From IMG/VR virus record IMGVR_UViG_3300037313_002214: 64,000 nt of DNA. One strand, written 5' to 3'. Numbering within the stretch: position 1 is the stretch's first letter; each line of letters opens with the position of its first letter. The notes under the pieces are model-generated. The model was not told the DNA's origin. It searched no databases and saw nothing but the letters and a program-made list of their open reading frames with translations. The DNA comes from an uncultured virus (IMG/VR IMGVR_UViG_3300037313_002214) (taxonomy: Duplodnaviria > Heunggongvirae > Uroviricota > Caudoviricetes). This document shows positions 36,121 through 45,192 of the stretch, in pieces. The position numbers and the translations under genes were made by a program.

Positions 36121-36678
36121 ATGATTGCGGCTCTCCTCTTGCGCCTCGGCGTGCCGCGCTGGATCGCCATCGCGGTCTTGTGCGCCTTATCGGCCGGGGC
36201 CGCGCTTGCCTACCGCTCGCACTTGATCAACACAGGAATCGCCATCGAATCCGCGCGGCGCGACAAGATCGACGCGGAGCGTGATCGCCAGGCTAAGGCT
36301 GCACTTGCCGACGTAAATGCTCGCGTCCACAAAGCCCAGGCCCAACTCGCCGATGCAATGGCCGATGTGGCCAAACTTCAATCGGAGCTCACACATGAAC
36401 AAGCGAATTCGGCTGCTCTCCAGTCTGACCTTGCTGCTGGCCGTCGCAGGCTGTCAGTCGCCATCTCCGGCACCTGCCATCCTGCTCAAACCGAACAAGC
36501 TGCAGGTGCCACCGTTGCCGGCGTGGATTCGGGAGGCGAGCCAGCAACCGCAACTCTCGACGGACGAGTGGCAAGCGATCTTGAATGGGCGCGGTCGACC
36601 CGCAACGAAGCCATCACTGCACTCCAAGCCTGCGCCGCTTCCTACGACGCCGTGAAAGCGGCGAACGACGCTCAGTAA
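36121..36678 (+). CDS. Rz-like i-spanin
   Basis: N-terminal TM, coiled coil, DLAAGRRRLSV..C. Confidence 0.85.
   Translation: MIAALLLRLGVPRWIAIAVLCALSAGAALAYRSHLINTGIAIESARRDKIDAERDRQAKAALADVNARVHKAQAQLADAMADVAKLQSELTHEQANSAALQSDLAAGRRRLSVAISGTCHPAQTEQAAGATVAGVDSGGEPATATLDGRVASDLEWARSTRNEAITALQACAASYDAVKAANDAQ
36395..36655 (+). CDS. Rz1-like o-spanin lipoprotein nested in Rz (+1 frame)
   Basis: Signal peptide MNKRIRLLSSLTLLLAVAGC with lipobox; Pro-rich mature part. Confidence 0.8.
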   Translation: MNKRIRLLSSLTLLLAVAGCQSPSPAPAILLKPNKLQVPPLPAWIREASQQPQLSTDEWQAILNGRGRPATKPSLHSKPAPLPTTP

Positions 36679-36692
36679 CCAGAAAGGCCAGC

Positions 36693-37874
36693 ATGACGAA
36701 GCAGAACATAGTCGACCCGAAGCTGCTCGAGTACGGTCCCACGACTCGCCAGGTGGAATATGTCGAGGCGGCAAATCGATTCGGTAGCGTGCGTGCGGCA
36801 GCGCGCGAACTAGGGGTGCCGCGGAGCACGGTGCAAGATGCGATCGAGCGCTTAAAGGTTGCAGCTGCCGCGCTGGGCTACGCTCCAGGGCATTTCGAGA
36901 GCGGCGTGGCCCCAGGCTTCAGCATGGGCAAAGTCACCGTACAGCGCGGGCCAAGCAGAGAGGTCGAGCGCACCTGGGAGCGGCAGAGCCCAGATTTCAA
37001 GGCTTGGCTGCAAGCGATTCGAGCCACTATCGATGAAGCTCGGGTGACACTTCCGCGGGTAAAGCCGACGAAGGGACCGGGTCACGCCGATTCGAAGCTG
37101 TGCAACCTGTTCGTGCTGACCGACGCGCACGTTGGCGCACTGGCCTGGCACCGTGAGGGCGGGGCGGATTGGGATCTGTCGATCGCAGAGCAAACGATTA
37201 TTGGCGCGTTCCGGCACATGATCGCAACCGCACCGAAGGCACGCCGCGCTGTTGTAACATTCCTCGGCGATGTGGTCCACCAGGATTCGAACAAGTCTGT
37301 CACGCCCGCTCACGGCCACTTGCTTGATGCTGACAGCCGGCCGCGCAAGATCATCAGTGCTGTGGTGCGTATCATGCGAACGATCATCAGGATGGCGCTC
37401 GAGACCCATGATGAAGTTCATGTCGTCTGCGGAGAGGGTAACCACGACGAATACACGAGCGGCAACGTCCTGCCTGAAGTGTTTGGGATCCTCTACGAGA
37501 ACGAGCCACGGGTAACGGTCAACGATGCCGTGCTGCCGTACTACGTCATCCAGCATGGAAAAGTCATGCTCGGGTTCCACCACGGACACAAAAAGGCGCC
37601 ACCACAATTACCTCTGTTCTTCGCCACAGCGCACGCGCAGATGTGGGGCGAGACGACGAAAAGATACGCCCACTGTGGACATCGACATCACGTCGAGGAA
37701 AAGGAGCACTCCGGGATGAAGGTGATTCAGCACTCGACCCTGGCGGCCCGCGACGCGCATGCATCCCGCGGCGGCTGGTTCTCCGAGCGGCAGGCAATCG
37801 CTATTACCTACCATGAGGAGCATGGAGAGGTGGCGCGTCTGACGGTCACGCCGGAGATGTTGCAGGCTGTGTGA
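36693..37874 (+). CDS. HTH plus calcineurin-like phosphoesterase
   Basis: GSVRAAARELGVPRSTV HTH; TDAHVG, LGDVVH, GNHD, HHGH, GHRHH. Confidence 0.8.
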   Translation: MTKQNIVDPKLLEYGPTTRQVEYVEAANRFGSVRAAARELGVPRSTVQDAIERLKVAAAALGYAPGHFESGVAPGFSMGKVTVQRGPSREVERTWERQSPDFKAWLQAIRATIDEARVTLPRVKPTKGPGHADSKLCNLFVLTDAHVGALAWHREGGADWDLSIAEQTIIGAFRHMIATAPKARRAVVTFLGDVVHQDSNKSVTPAHGHLLDADSRPRKIISAVVRIMRTIIRMALETHDEVHVVCGEGNHDEYTSGNVLPEVFGILYENEPRVTVNDAVLPYYVIQHGKVMLGFHHGHKKAPPQLPLFFATAHAQMWGETTKRYAHCGHRHHVEEKEHSGMKVIQHSTLAARDAHASRGGWFSERQAIAITYHEEHGEVARLTVTPEMLQAV

Positions 37875-38105
37875 TTCGATATTGGCGGCGATCCTTCGGT
37901 CGCGTCAGCACCCGCACGGCTATCTCAATCGGTACGCCAGCTTCGAAGAGGGCGCGTGCAACACTTGCTGCACTATGCGCAGCTCTGGCGTTTAGGGCCG
38001 CATCGATCATCATGGCCGTACGGCGGTCGGTTCTTTTATCCATGTGGAAACACTCTCACGCCTGAGATGTCACTGTGTTGAACTAGCGCAAATACTGCTG
38101 CTATA

Positions 38106-38121
38106 CTGTATAAATGTACAG
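38106..38121. promoter_or_regulatory. LexA (SOS) box
   Basis: CTGT-ATAAATGT-ACAG, preceded by TATACT. Confidence 0.8.
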
Positions 38122-38404
38122 TATTGTCAAAAGATTGCGAGAGCGTGGCCGGCGCCTGCACGATCGGGAGATTTCCGCTAGCCCGGGAGTGCGCGGCGAG
38201 CTCGTGGTCGCAATTTGCGGGAGCGGCCCTGAGGCTACTATCTATGCGCCGAATGACCAGCAACGGCGACCACTCATTCCGGAGCTGCGGAATGCCCAAC
38301 TTGTCACAATGACGTCAACGGGTATGCTTTTTTACGGCACGGAGCGCGCGCCGGATGGCGCTGAATACGTTCAGGAATGGTCGGTCCGCTTGCTTGAGCG
38401 GTAG
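38114..38404 (+). CDS. Small putative SOS-inducible protein
   Basis: ATG lies inside the SOS box; 96-aa ORF. Confidence 0.65.
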   Translation: MYSIVKRLRERGRRLHDREISASPGVRGELVVAICGSGPEATIYAPNDQQRRPLIPELRNAQLVTMTSTGMLFYGTERAPDGAEYVQEWSVRLLER

Positions 38405-38606
38405 GCAAATTCCGTACAATTGGGAAAACCTATCGACCACAAAATCAATCACTTACGGATGCCTTCTCGCACTTTAATAGTACAGAATGCATACCGTAAG
38501 GTATTGATATGCAAGCAAATTAAGGTTGCGGCGCAACTGCCCTCTAAGCTGCACTCTGATCTTGCAAACCTATGCGCGTCCTTTGGTTGAACAACATGAG
38601 CAGACC

Positions 38607-39857
38607 TTACGCTACCGCGTTTTCCCGAATAGAGGATACGCTTGCGACTGCGGCCGGCCTGGCGCAGTAGTCGGCCCATACCTGCATGAGTATCTTGCGC
38701 TTCTCGATCAGGTCGCCGCGGCGGTAGGCGGCCTCAACCTTGTCCGGCAGGCTGTGGGCGAGCGCATGTTCGCAGACCTCGCGCGGAAACGAGTTCGCCG
38801 CCGACTCCGCACACCAATCCCGGAACGTGGATCGGAAGCCGTGCACTGTGATGTCTTTGCGGCCCATTCGATGCAGCACCGCTATCATGCTGACGTTTGA
38901 AATCGTCGCTCCGTCACCGTCGCCCTGGCGCTGCCCAGGGAATACGTAGTCGCCAATCTTGGGCGATGATTTCAGTAGATCTATTGCGGTGGTCGACAAC
39001 GGTACGCGGTGTTCGCGCCCACCCTTCATCCTTTCGGCCGGAACTGTCCATATTGCGGTGTCCAGGTCGATCTCATCCCAGCGCGCGCCACGTACCTCAC
39101 CAGACCTTGCCGCCGTTAAGATGCAAAACTCCAGAGCCCTTGCCGACGATCCCTTCCGCTGGCGCAGGTCGGCCATAAAGGCGCCGATTTCTTGCCAGGG
39201 AAGGGCGGCATGGTGTTCGACCTGAACGACACGACTCGGGTCCGCCAATAAGTGGTCTAGATGGCCGCGCCACCGGGCCGGGTTTTCGCCGCCGCGATAT
39301 TTGCTGACTGTGGCCCAATCAAGGATGCTTTCCATCCGGCCCCGAATTCGCATCGCGGTCTTCGTCTTCGATTCCCATATTGGCTGCAGGATTTTGACCA
39401 CGAGAGGCGTGTCGATCGATGCCACGGGCAGAGTCCCTATTACGGGACTGACATACGTCGCAATCGTCGTCTCCCATTGGCCGGTATGCCTTGCATTCTT
39501 CCAGCCACTACGATGGGCCGCAATGTATGCCTTTGCGCAGTCATCGAACGTCATGGCCTTCGCGCGTTCAAGTGCGGCGCTCAGCTGCGCAGCCTTGCGC
39601 ATCTCCAGAGGATCTCCGCCGTCCAGGAGCGTCGCGCGGCAATCCCTGGCCTTCTCGCGAGCCTTCCCAAGCGTCACTGTGTGCACTGGTCCGAGCCCCA
39701 TCTGGCGCTCTTTGCCTCCGCGCACATACCGAAAAATCCAACTCTTTGAGCCTGTCTTGGATACCTGCAGATAAAGTCCCGCTCCATCGCCATAGTAGCC
39801 GGGTTTGTTCGCCCTATTGACCGCCATTGCCGTCAACTTCTCAACCGTCCGCGCCAC
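38607..39857 (-). CDS. int: P4-like prophage integrase with arm-binding domain
   Basis: DGAGLYLQV..GSKSWIFRY, ARSGEVRG, HGFRSTFRDW, LAH...AY; GTG start after GGAGG. Confidence 0.95.
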   Translation of the reverse strand: MARTVEKLTAMAVNRANKPGYYGDGAGLYLQVSKTGSKSWIFRYVRGGKERQMGLGPVHTVTLGKAREKARDCRATLLDGGDPLEMRKAAQLSAALERAKAMTFDDCAKAYIAAHRSGWKNARHTGQWETTIATYVSPVIGTLPVASIDTPLVVKILQPIWESKTKTAMRIRGRMESILDWATVSKYRGGENPARWRGHLDHLLADPSRVVQVEHHAALPWQEIGAFMADLRQRKGSSARALEFCILTAARSGEVRGARWDEIDLDTAIWTVPAERMKGGREHRVPLSTTAIDLLKSSPKIGDYVFPGQRQGDGDGATISNVSMIAVLHRMGRKDITVHGFRSTFRDWCAESAANSFPREVCEHALAHSLPDKVEAAYRRGDLIEKRKILMQVWADYCARPAAVASVSSIRENAVA

Positions 39858-39862
39858 TTTCC

Positions 39863-40104
39863 TACCTCCATTTCTACCCACATCGATACGCTGGATTTTA
39901 ACGCACTTTGCTGAACTATCGCGGACTGTACGATCCAGATTTTTCTAGTAGGATCATGGGGTTAGCTTACGTTGGTGAACTCTGACGAACTCATCCATAA
40001 CGGAGCTACGATCCGGACAACCTGTTCCGCTTCAACCACAATATAAAGGGCGTATAGAAAAATATTGATGTGGTTGATGCGCGTACCCCCATTTCAACCC
40101 CCAT
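39863..40104. other. Putative intact attP with arm-type repeats and a host-gene 3' end
   Basis: TACCTCCATTTCTACCCACAT (39863-39883) and TACCCCCATTTCAACCCCCAT (40084-40104) flank RSYDPDNLFRFNHNIKGV* (40001-40057). Confidence 0.65.
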
Positions 40105-40105
40105 G

Positions 40106-40309
40106 TCACGACAGGGACTTTTTTACGCCTATTTGGAGTTTTCTTTGCCATGCCGCGATGTCTTCTTCGTCCCAGGCGACCATGCGCGGGCCGATCTGGA
40201 TTGGCTCCGGGAACGTGCCGGCCTTCATCTTGGCGTAGATTGTTGTCTTGCCAAAGCCGACGATTTTTTTAACATCTGGCAGGCGAAGAAATTGTTTTGG
40301 GGTGCTCAT
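40106..40309 (-). CDS. AlpA-family excisionase/regulator
   Basis: FLRLPDV...GFGKTTIY..MKAGTFPEPIQIGPRMVAW. Confidence 0.9.
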   Translation of the reverse strand: MSTPKQFLRLPDVKKIVGFGKTTIYAKMKAGTFPEPIQIGPRMVAWDEEDIAAWQRKLQIGVKKSLS

Positions 40310-40356
40310 TCGGGCGCTCCTAATCACATAATTTTCTGAGACGTTCTGCACTGTTT

Positions 40357-40965
40357 TTACCCCTCTTGTTTGGTGTGAGCTTCGATAGCGGCGACCGGCG
40401 TGCAGAAGCTGGCCGACCATCCGTATGTCTTGCCGTCGATTTCGACGTCGAGTGCCCCATTTCCATGTGCGCAAGTGATTACTGCGTCCTCGAACCGCTC
40501 TGGGCTTATCCACTGTCGTACTGTCGCGCCTTTAACGTAACCGAGCGCGCGCCAATCAGGCCGCTCTGCATCTTTCTCCACCGTTCCCGCTGCGGGAGCC
40601 GCGCAGTTGCTCGAAAAATTCGATGAACTGTTTGTTTGGGCCGCGCGCAGCCGCTCGACTTCGGCGATCAGTTCAAGCACAGCAGCGGGGTTGGCTGCGG
40701 CGATGAATTGCGCGTCACGCTTAGCGAGTTCGTCCCACGCATAGTGTTCCTCGTCGCTGTATTCCTCGTGGATTTCGCTGTCGTCACGGTTAAGGCTATC
40801 CATCAGCGGTCGCCCCTTTCCGTCGGTGACGACATACGCCGTGTAGCCATAGCCGCCGTCTTCGTCTGTGCCATAGTGACCCTCAGACTTCACGGTATCC
40901 ACTTCCCACGGGCCAGGAGTCGCCGCCAGTGCCAGCGCCTTCAGCTTTTCGATGTCCACGGTCAT
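40357..40965 (-). CDS. Ead/Ea22-like early protein
   Basis: LKALALAATPGPW, DAQFIAAANPAAVLELIAEVE. Confidence 0.75.
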   Translation of the reverse strand: MTVDIEKLKALALAATPGPWEVDTVKSEGHYGTDEDGGYGYTAYVVTDGKGRPLMDSLNRDDSEIHEEYSDEEHYAWDELAKRDAQFIAAANPAAVLELIAEVERLRAAQTNSSSNFSSNCAAPAAGTVEKDAERPDWRALGYVKGATVRQWISPERFEDAVITCAHGNGALDVEIDGKTYGWSASFCTPVAAIEAHTKQEG

Positions 40966-41336
40966 GCTGCTTCCTTCTGGCGTCTAGCGCCCTTGTATTG
41001 CGGTTGCGGATTGCGCGGCAGTGGCCAGCGCGGCGCGTATAGGATGTCGAACCACGACCCGCTCTTGTTCGGTACGACCAAGCCGGGCACATCAAGGTAG
41101 CCGGGTTCGGACTGAACTACGATGGCATCCAGCACTTCGCACGGCACGGCGATGTCGTAGCCGCTGTGGTAGTAGCCCAGGTGCTCGGCAACTCTGGATT
41201 CTGCGTACTTGCCGGCGGCCTCGGTTCGGTAGCAATAGCCCTTGTCATTCGGACGCCATAGCGTGATGTACTTGTCCTGTCGGGCCGTGTGCTTCACGCT
41301 GACAACGTAGAATTCGCGCTCCTTTTCGATGTCCAT
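40962..41336 (-). CDS. Phage hypothetical protein
   Basis: Coupled in early-left operon; YITLWRPNDKGY. Confidence 0.65.
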   Translation of the reverse strand: MDIEKEREFYVVSVKHTARQDKYITLWRPNDKGYCYRTEAAGKYAESRVAEHLGYYHSGYDIAVPCEVLDAIVVQSEPGYLDVPGLVVPNKSGSWFDILYAPRWPLPRNPQPQYKGARRQKEAA

Positions 41337-41337
41337 T

Positions 41338-41589
41338 TCATGCCTCCTTGGTGGCGTGCTTGCGGCCCTCGGCGATTTCACCCCACGGATCGGCGTCGGC
41401 CAGTTCGGCGTCAACGCGATCCTTCAAGATCCGAGTGAACGTGCGCGTGCTGTCGGACGTGTCGCAAAACCCACTAGTGCATTCGTAGCCGTCTGAAACG
41501 CGGAAGACGCCGTAATAAATCTGCGTCCAGCCGCCCATGCTGCGCTCGCGTGTCACGGTGATCTCGTGGCCTTTGTATATGGTCAGCAT
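41338..41589 (-). CDS. Phage hypothetical protein
   Basis: Coupled in operon. Confidence 0.6.
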   Translation of the reverse strand: MLTIYKGHEITVTRERSMGGWTQIYYGVFRVSDGYECTSGFCDTSDSTRTFTRILKDRVDAELADADPWGEIAEGRKHATKEA

Positions 41590-42515
41590 CAGGCTTCCTC
41601 CTTCCCACTGTTCTTAGGTGCAGGGGCGGCATCACTAAACCGAGCGTCGCCTGGGCAATCATATTTGTTGTCTTCGCTCGCGCTCGTAGAGCTGTTCTTG
41701 AGGCGTCGCACAAGCGTAGGCGTGGCAGCAAGCATGGCGGCCCAGCAGAGGCGTGCTCGGTGTGCAGCCTTCTGGCATCCGGTCATCCGTTCGTACTCTT
41801 CCCACTCCTCGGCTTTGCTGAAAAATGGGTCAGGCCATGACTCGAAGCCACAGGTAACCATTTCCTCGGCCGGCTCAATCGGTACCATCTGCCAGCCCTC
41901 TGGCGCTGTTCCAGCAGTGCGCCCATCGATGTAGGCGACCAGATCGCTGTAATTGCAGCGGCAGTTGAGATAGCTGCTTACAAGATTGGCGAACGCAGGC
42001 GTGTCGATGCTCACCGTCTTCCGTTCTGCCAGCTCGCGTTTCCCGGCGATGCGACCCTTTTCGCGGCCTGCAATGTGCCCATCGTCGTACCCTGTGGCAT
42101 AGGCTTCTTTCTTCTCGCGCTCAAGCTGGCGGATACGCTCTACCTGCTCGGCTACTTCAGCATTCCTTGCGTCGATGGTTTCCCCGGCGAGGGACACGGC
42201 GGCGTCGTAGGCAGCCTGCAGTTCGCGGATACGCTCGGCATACGGGGCGACGAGTTCGCCGATTTGCTTGGCGCTGTAGAATCCGATGCCATTTAACTGC
42301 ACTGCAGGGCGTGGCGGCAGTTCTTCCACGATAGGGGCGGAGACAGGAGCGGTACGGCGGGCGCGGGCTTTCCATGCCTGCCACCTGTCCTCGGTCAATT
42401 CGTCGAAGTAGTACCAGCCTGCTATGTCGTGTGCGGTGCCTTCTGTTTGCGAAGCGGTCAATTCTGCCCATTCTTCAAACGCCGTGCGCTCTGTGTCTAG
42501 GTTCAGATCAGCCAT
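41589..42515 (-). CDS. Mosaic phage early protein
   Basis: ERTAFEEW..WQAWKAR and PEGWQMVPIEP..EM...WAAMLAA modules. Confidence 0.65.
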   Translation of the reverse strand: MADLNLDTERTAFEEWAELTASQTEGTAHDIAGWYYFDELTEDRWQAWKARARRTAPVSAPIVEELPPRPAVQLNGIGFYSAKQIGELVAPYAERIRELQAAYDAAVSLAGETIDARNAEVAEQVERIRQLEREKKEAYATGYDDGHIAGREKGRIAGKRELAERKTVSIDTPAFANLVSSYLNCRCNYSDLVAYIDGRTAGTAPEGWQMVPIEPAEEMVTCGFESWPDPFFSKAEEWEEYERMTGCQKAAHRARLCWAAMLAATPTLVRRLKNSSTSASEDNKYDCPGDARFSDAAPAPKNSGKEEA

Positions 42516-42721
42516 TGGTCGACTCCTCGACATAGTTCTCTACTTGCTGCGGAAATGTGCGCCCATGCAGATGAAAGCGAGCGAAACGCTCTGCACCTTC
42601 AGCCTCGTAAATCACTTGCTCGATTGGAAGAAGTTCGCGTCCGCCGTATGCAGCGTCGAATTCGGCGTCACTCATATCAGAAATCGGCGTTTCATCCGCG
42701 CGGTCATCAGAGTAAAGTGCA

Positions 42722-43732
42722 TCACGCATTCTTCTTCTCCTGTTCAGCGCTTGCGGCGATAGCTGCGCGCTCTCGGATTGCAATGGGCACGTCGTCACAG
42801 CCGAGCCGTTCGCCAAGCTTCATGATCGCGGCATCCACGAACGGAGGCTTGCCATAGGCGACTGGCAGGCGGCGGTACAGCCACATCATCATGTTCAAGG
42901 AATCGGCCAGAAGCTTCTCATCGGTATCCTCGCCAGCATTCGATGCATGGGGTTCGACCGAATTGGCGAGGTCGTTGCACAGCATGACAAGCTGCGGCCC
43001 GCTGACGACGGTTCCGGCTTCGATGATGCCAGCCTTCACAGCGGCGGCATGGATCGCTTCGGCCAGCTTGTCGGCGTCACTTTGCGGTGCGCGGGCGAGG
43101 GCTGCGCGATGCCACGACATCACATAATCGACCAATGCCTGTCCCTCGTTGCCGACACCCTTGCAGTAGGCGATCACATGATTCCAGAACTCATCATTAT
43201 CGATGCTCGCGCTTGCCGTGGTGGCCGCAGGGGGTGCAATCTTTCCGGCGCCGTCGCACATCGAGCAATCGGCATCGTCGTAGCCGTCAAGCTGTCCGAT
43301 GTACGTTCCAACACCGTAGCAACCGGGACAAACGATCTTTTCAGCCGCTCCTGCCTGCTGTGCGGCCGGTGCGGCAAGCCTGTTGTGCAGCCTCTTGGCG
43401 TCCGCGAACAGCTTGCGCATATCGCATTCCAGGCCAGAATTCGGGCATGTGCCGTTCTCGTCGGCACAGTCACGGCACATTGGGCGCGGTCGCGCGTCCA
43501 GCGTCTCGGCGCACTCGATCAGGCGGCGCAGGGTGTAGATTTCTTCCCTCGTCGCGGCAGGTGCTTCGGGCGCGGCTTGGCGGGCAAGAGCCTCCTTCAC
43601 GTCTCGCAGATGGCACATCATCGCGGTTGCTCCATCGGTCGGCACTGGGAACTTGTCGATCCAGCGCGATACGCGGTCCAGCTTCTCGGCCAGCTTGTCC
43701 AGGTCTACGCCTGCGGTGTTATGGTTATCCAT
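42722..43732 (-). CDS. Mosaic phage early protein with Cys clusters
   Basis: CRDC, CPGC...CSMC; operon position. Confidence 0.6.
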   Translation of the reverse strand: MDNHNTAGVDLDKLAEKLDRVSRWIDKFPVPTDGATAMMCHLRDVKEALARQAAPEAPAATREEIYTLRRLIECAETLDARPRPMCRDCADENGTCPNSGLECDMRKLFADAKRLHNRLAAPAAQQAGAAEKIVCPGCYGVGTYIGQLDGYDDADCSMCDGAGKIAPPAATTASASIDNDEFWNHVIAYCKGVGNEGQALVDYVMSWHRAALARAPQSDADKLAEAIHAAAVKAGIIEAGTVVSGPQLVMLCNDLANSVEPHASNAGEDTDEKLLADSLNMMMWLYRRLPVAYGKPPFVDAAIMKLGERLGCDDVPIAIRERAAIAASAEQEKKNA

Positions 43733-44040
43733 TGTTCTGTCCTTCAGGCCGCAAGGGCAAATTCGTTGTCGTGAAGCGCGGCGCGATACGGTTGTAAAGC
43801 AGGTGGTGCACGATACGGTCGCGGAAATCCGCCGCCCATACCTCGCGCGGCTTCGGGCGCGTGATGACGAAGCAGATCGACCGCCCAGGGCGATACGTTC
43901 CGCCCAGCAGTTCGTCGCGCAGCTGAGCTAAGTTGCGCTCTTGGTTTTGTTCGAACGCGATAGCGCTGGCGGAGCTGCGCTTCGCATGGCGGCAGTCCAG
44001 ATAGGCCTGTACAAGTTCATCGAAAGAAAAGTCAGCATGG
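43725..44040 (-). pseudogene. Truncated DGR reverse transcriptase (N-terminal ~90 aa only)
   Basis: ELVQAYLDCRHAKR...TYRPG...KPREVWAADFRDRIVHHLL, then a stop ~15 codons after IAPRF; no YxDD. Confidence 0.9.
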
Positions 44041-44053
44041 TGGCGGCCGGGAT

Positions 44054-44163
44054 AATCTGCGGACGGCGCGGGCGCGCAACTCGGCCGACTTGTTGTTGTT
44101 GTTCTGGTTGCCGTTGTTGAAGTTCTGATTCCAGGCATATTCATCGTTGGAAGCGTGCTGCGT
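44054..44163 (-). ncRNA. DGR template repeat (TR)
   Basis: AAC-rich 110-bp repeat that differs from both VRs only at adenines. Confidence 0.95.
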
Positions 44164-44335
44164 TTGTTCGTGCTATCTACGTCACCCCTCCGAAGGTCGC
44201 CTTGACCGATCAGCGGGGAAACTGCGCCAGACGGTCCCGAACTATGTCGGGAGGTCCCTGCTATGCGCATGGCGGTGGCCTTATGAGCCAGCGGCACGAC
44301 CAGATTAAGAAATCGCTCAGTCATGGCAGCCTTGA

Positions 44336-44689
44336 CTACCGTGAAGCGGGCGATGCGGAACGGCGCCAACCACTTGCCTGCTTGCCGATGCTGGTCGTGA
44401 GCTCGACTGCGGCGGCATACTGCTTCGTCGATATCAGGCGCTTGTCGCGCGAGAGACGAATCAGCAGTTCTGCCACCTGCAGACGCTCGACGAGATCCTG
44501 CAGGTGCGCCGCCTTTTCCCGGGCGACGTTGGCCCGGTAAATCAGGGTTACGATCTCCACGACTTCATCGCGAATCTTTCCGCCGATCGATGCCTTGAAA
44601 TCACGCGGCATGTTCTTGGCGAGGTCCGTGACGACGTCGAGGAGGTCATACGCCACCCTGTAAATCGGCAAGCTTGTGTGGAGTGCCAT
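44336..44689 (-). CDS. avd: DGR accessory variability determinant (four-helix bundle)
   Basis: 117 aa, basic; LPIYRVAYDL, IGKQASGW; lies between VR and TR. Confidence 0.9.
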   Translation of the reverse strand: MALHTSLPIYRVAYDLLDVVTDLAKNMPRDFKASIGGKIRDEVVEIVTLIYRANVAREKAAHLQDLVERLQVAELLIRLSRDKRLISTKQYAAAVELTTSIGKQASGWRRSASPASR

Positions 44690-44706
44690 GCTGAGAAATT
44701 GTTAAA

Positions 44707-45165
44707 TTACTGAATGGTCAATCTGCGGACGGCGCGGGCGCGCAACTCGGCCGACTTGCTGCTGAGGATCTGGGTGCCGTAGCCGAAGTGCTGAGTCCAG
44801 GCATAGTCATCGTAGGAAGCGTGCTGCGCGCCGGACCAGTAGTAGCGCTCCTCGAACTGATCCTTCAGGTTCGCGAACAGCAGGGCTTGTTCGCGGCGCG
44901 TCGGCAGCTCGCCGCCTGCCTTCTCGGCGAATTCCTTCGCTTGCGCCCAGGTGACATCGTCGACATCGCCCGGCAGCAGGATGAGGTGATGCGACGGCTT
45001 GCCATCGGCGCTGAGGATGATGCCGGCGTAGTGTTCACCCGGCTGCAGTTCGATCTCCGCCTGTGCGATGCGAGTGACGCGCGGGGCCTGGGCTTTGAAC
45101 GCCTGGATCATGTCGCTGACCTGCTGGTGTGCGGCTTCGATGTCCGCGAGAGTAACGGTGGTCAT
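44707..45165 (-). CDS. DGR target 1, DUF1566/C-type-lectin-like; VR 44720-44829
   Basis: LPTRRE, YYWSG, AW.QHF..G.Q, ARAVRR; 14 mismatches to TR, all at TR adenines. Confidence 0.9.
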   Translation of the reverse strand: MTTVTLADIEAAHQQVSDMIQAFKAQAPRVTRIAQAEIELQPGEHYAGIILSADGKPSHHLILLPGDVDDVTWAQAKEFAEKAGGELPTRREQALLFANLKDQFEERYYWSGAQHASYDDYAWTQHFGYGTQILSSKSAELRARAVRRLTIQ

Positions 45166-45192
45166 GTGCGGCTCCGAAAAATAGATGAATTG

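Noticed and set aside
39884..40100. tRNA or tmRNA fragment at the att site
   Set aside because: No T-loop or CCA pattern seen; a protein C-terminus fits better
44089..44103. (GTT)n microsatellite
   Set aside because: Explained as the AAC codons of the DGR template repeat
43725..44369. 214-aa ORF as a functional RT, retron or group II intron
   Set aside because: The N-terminal half is TR/spacer read in another frame, there is no catalytic YxDD, and the context is clearly DGR
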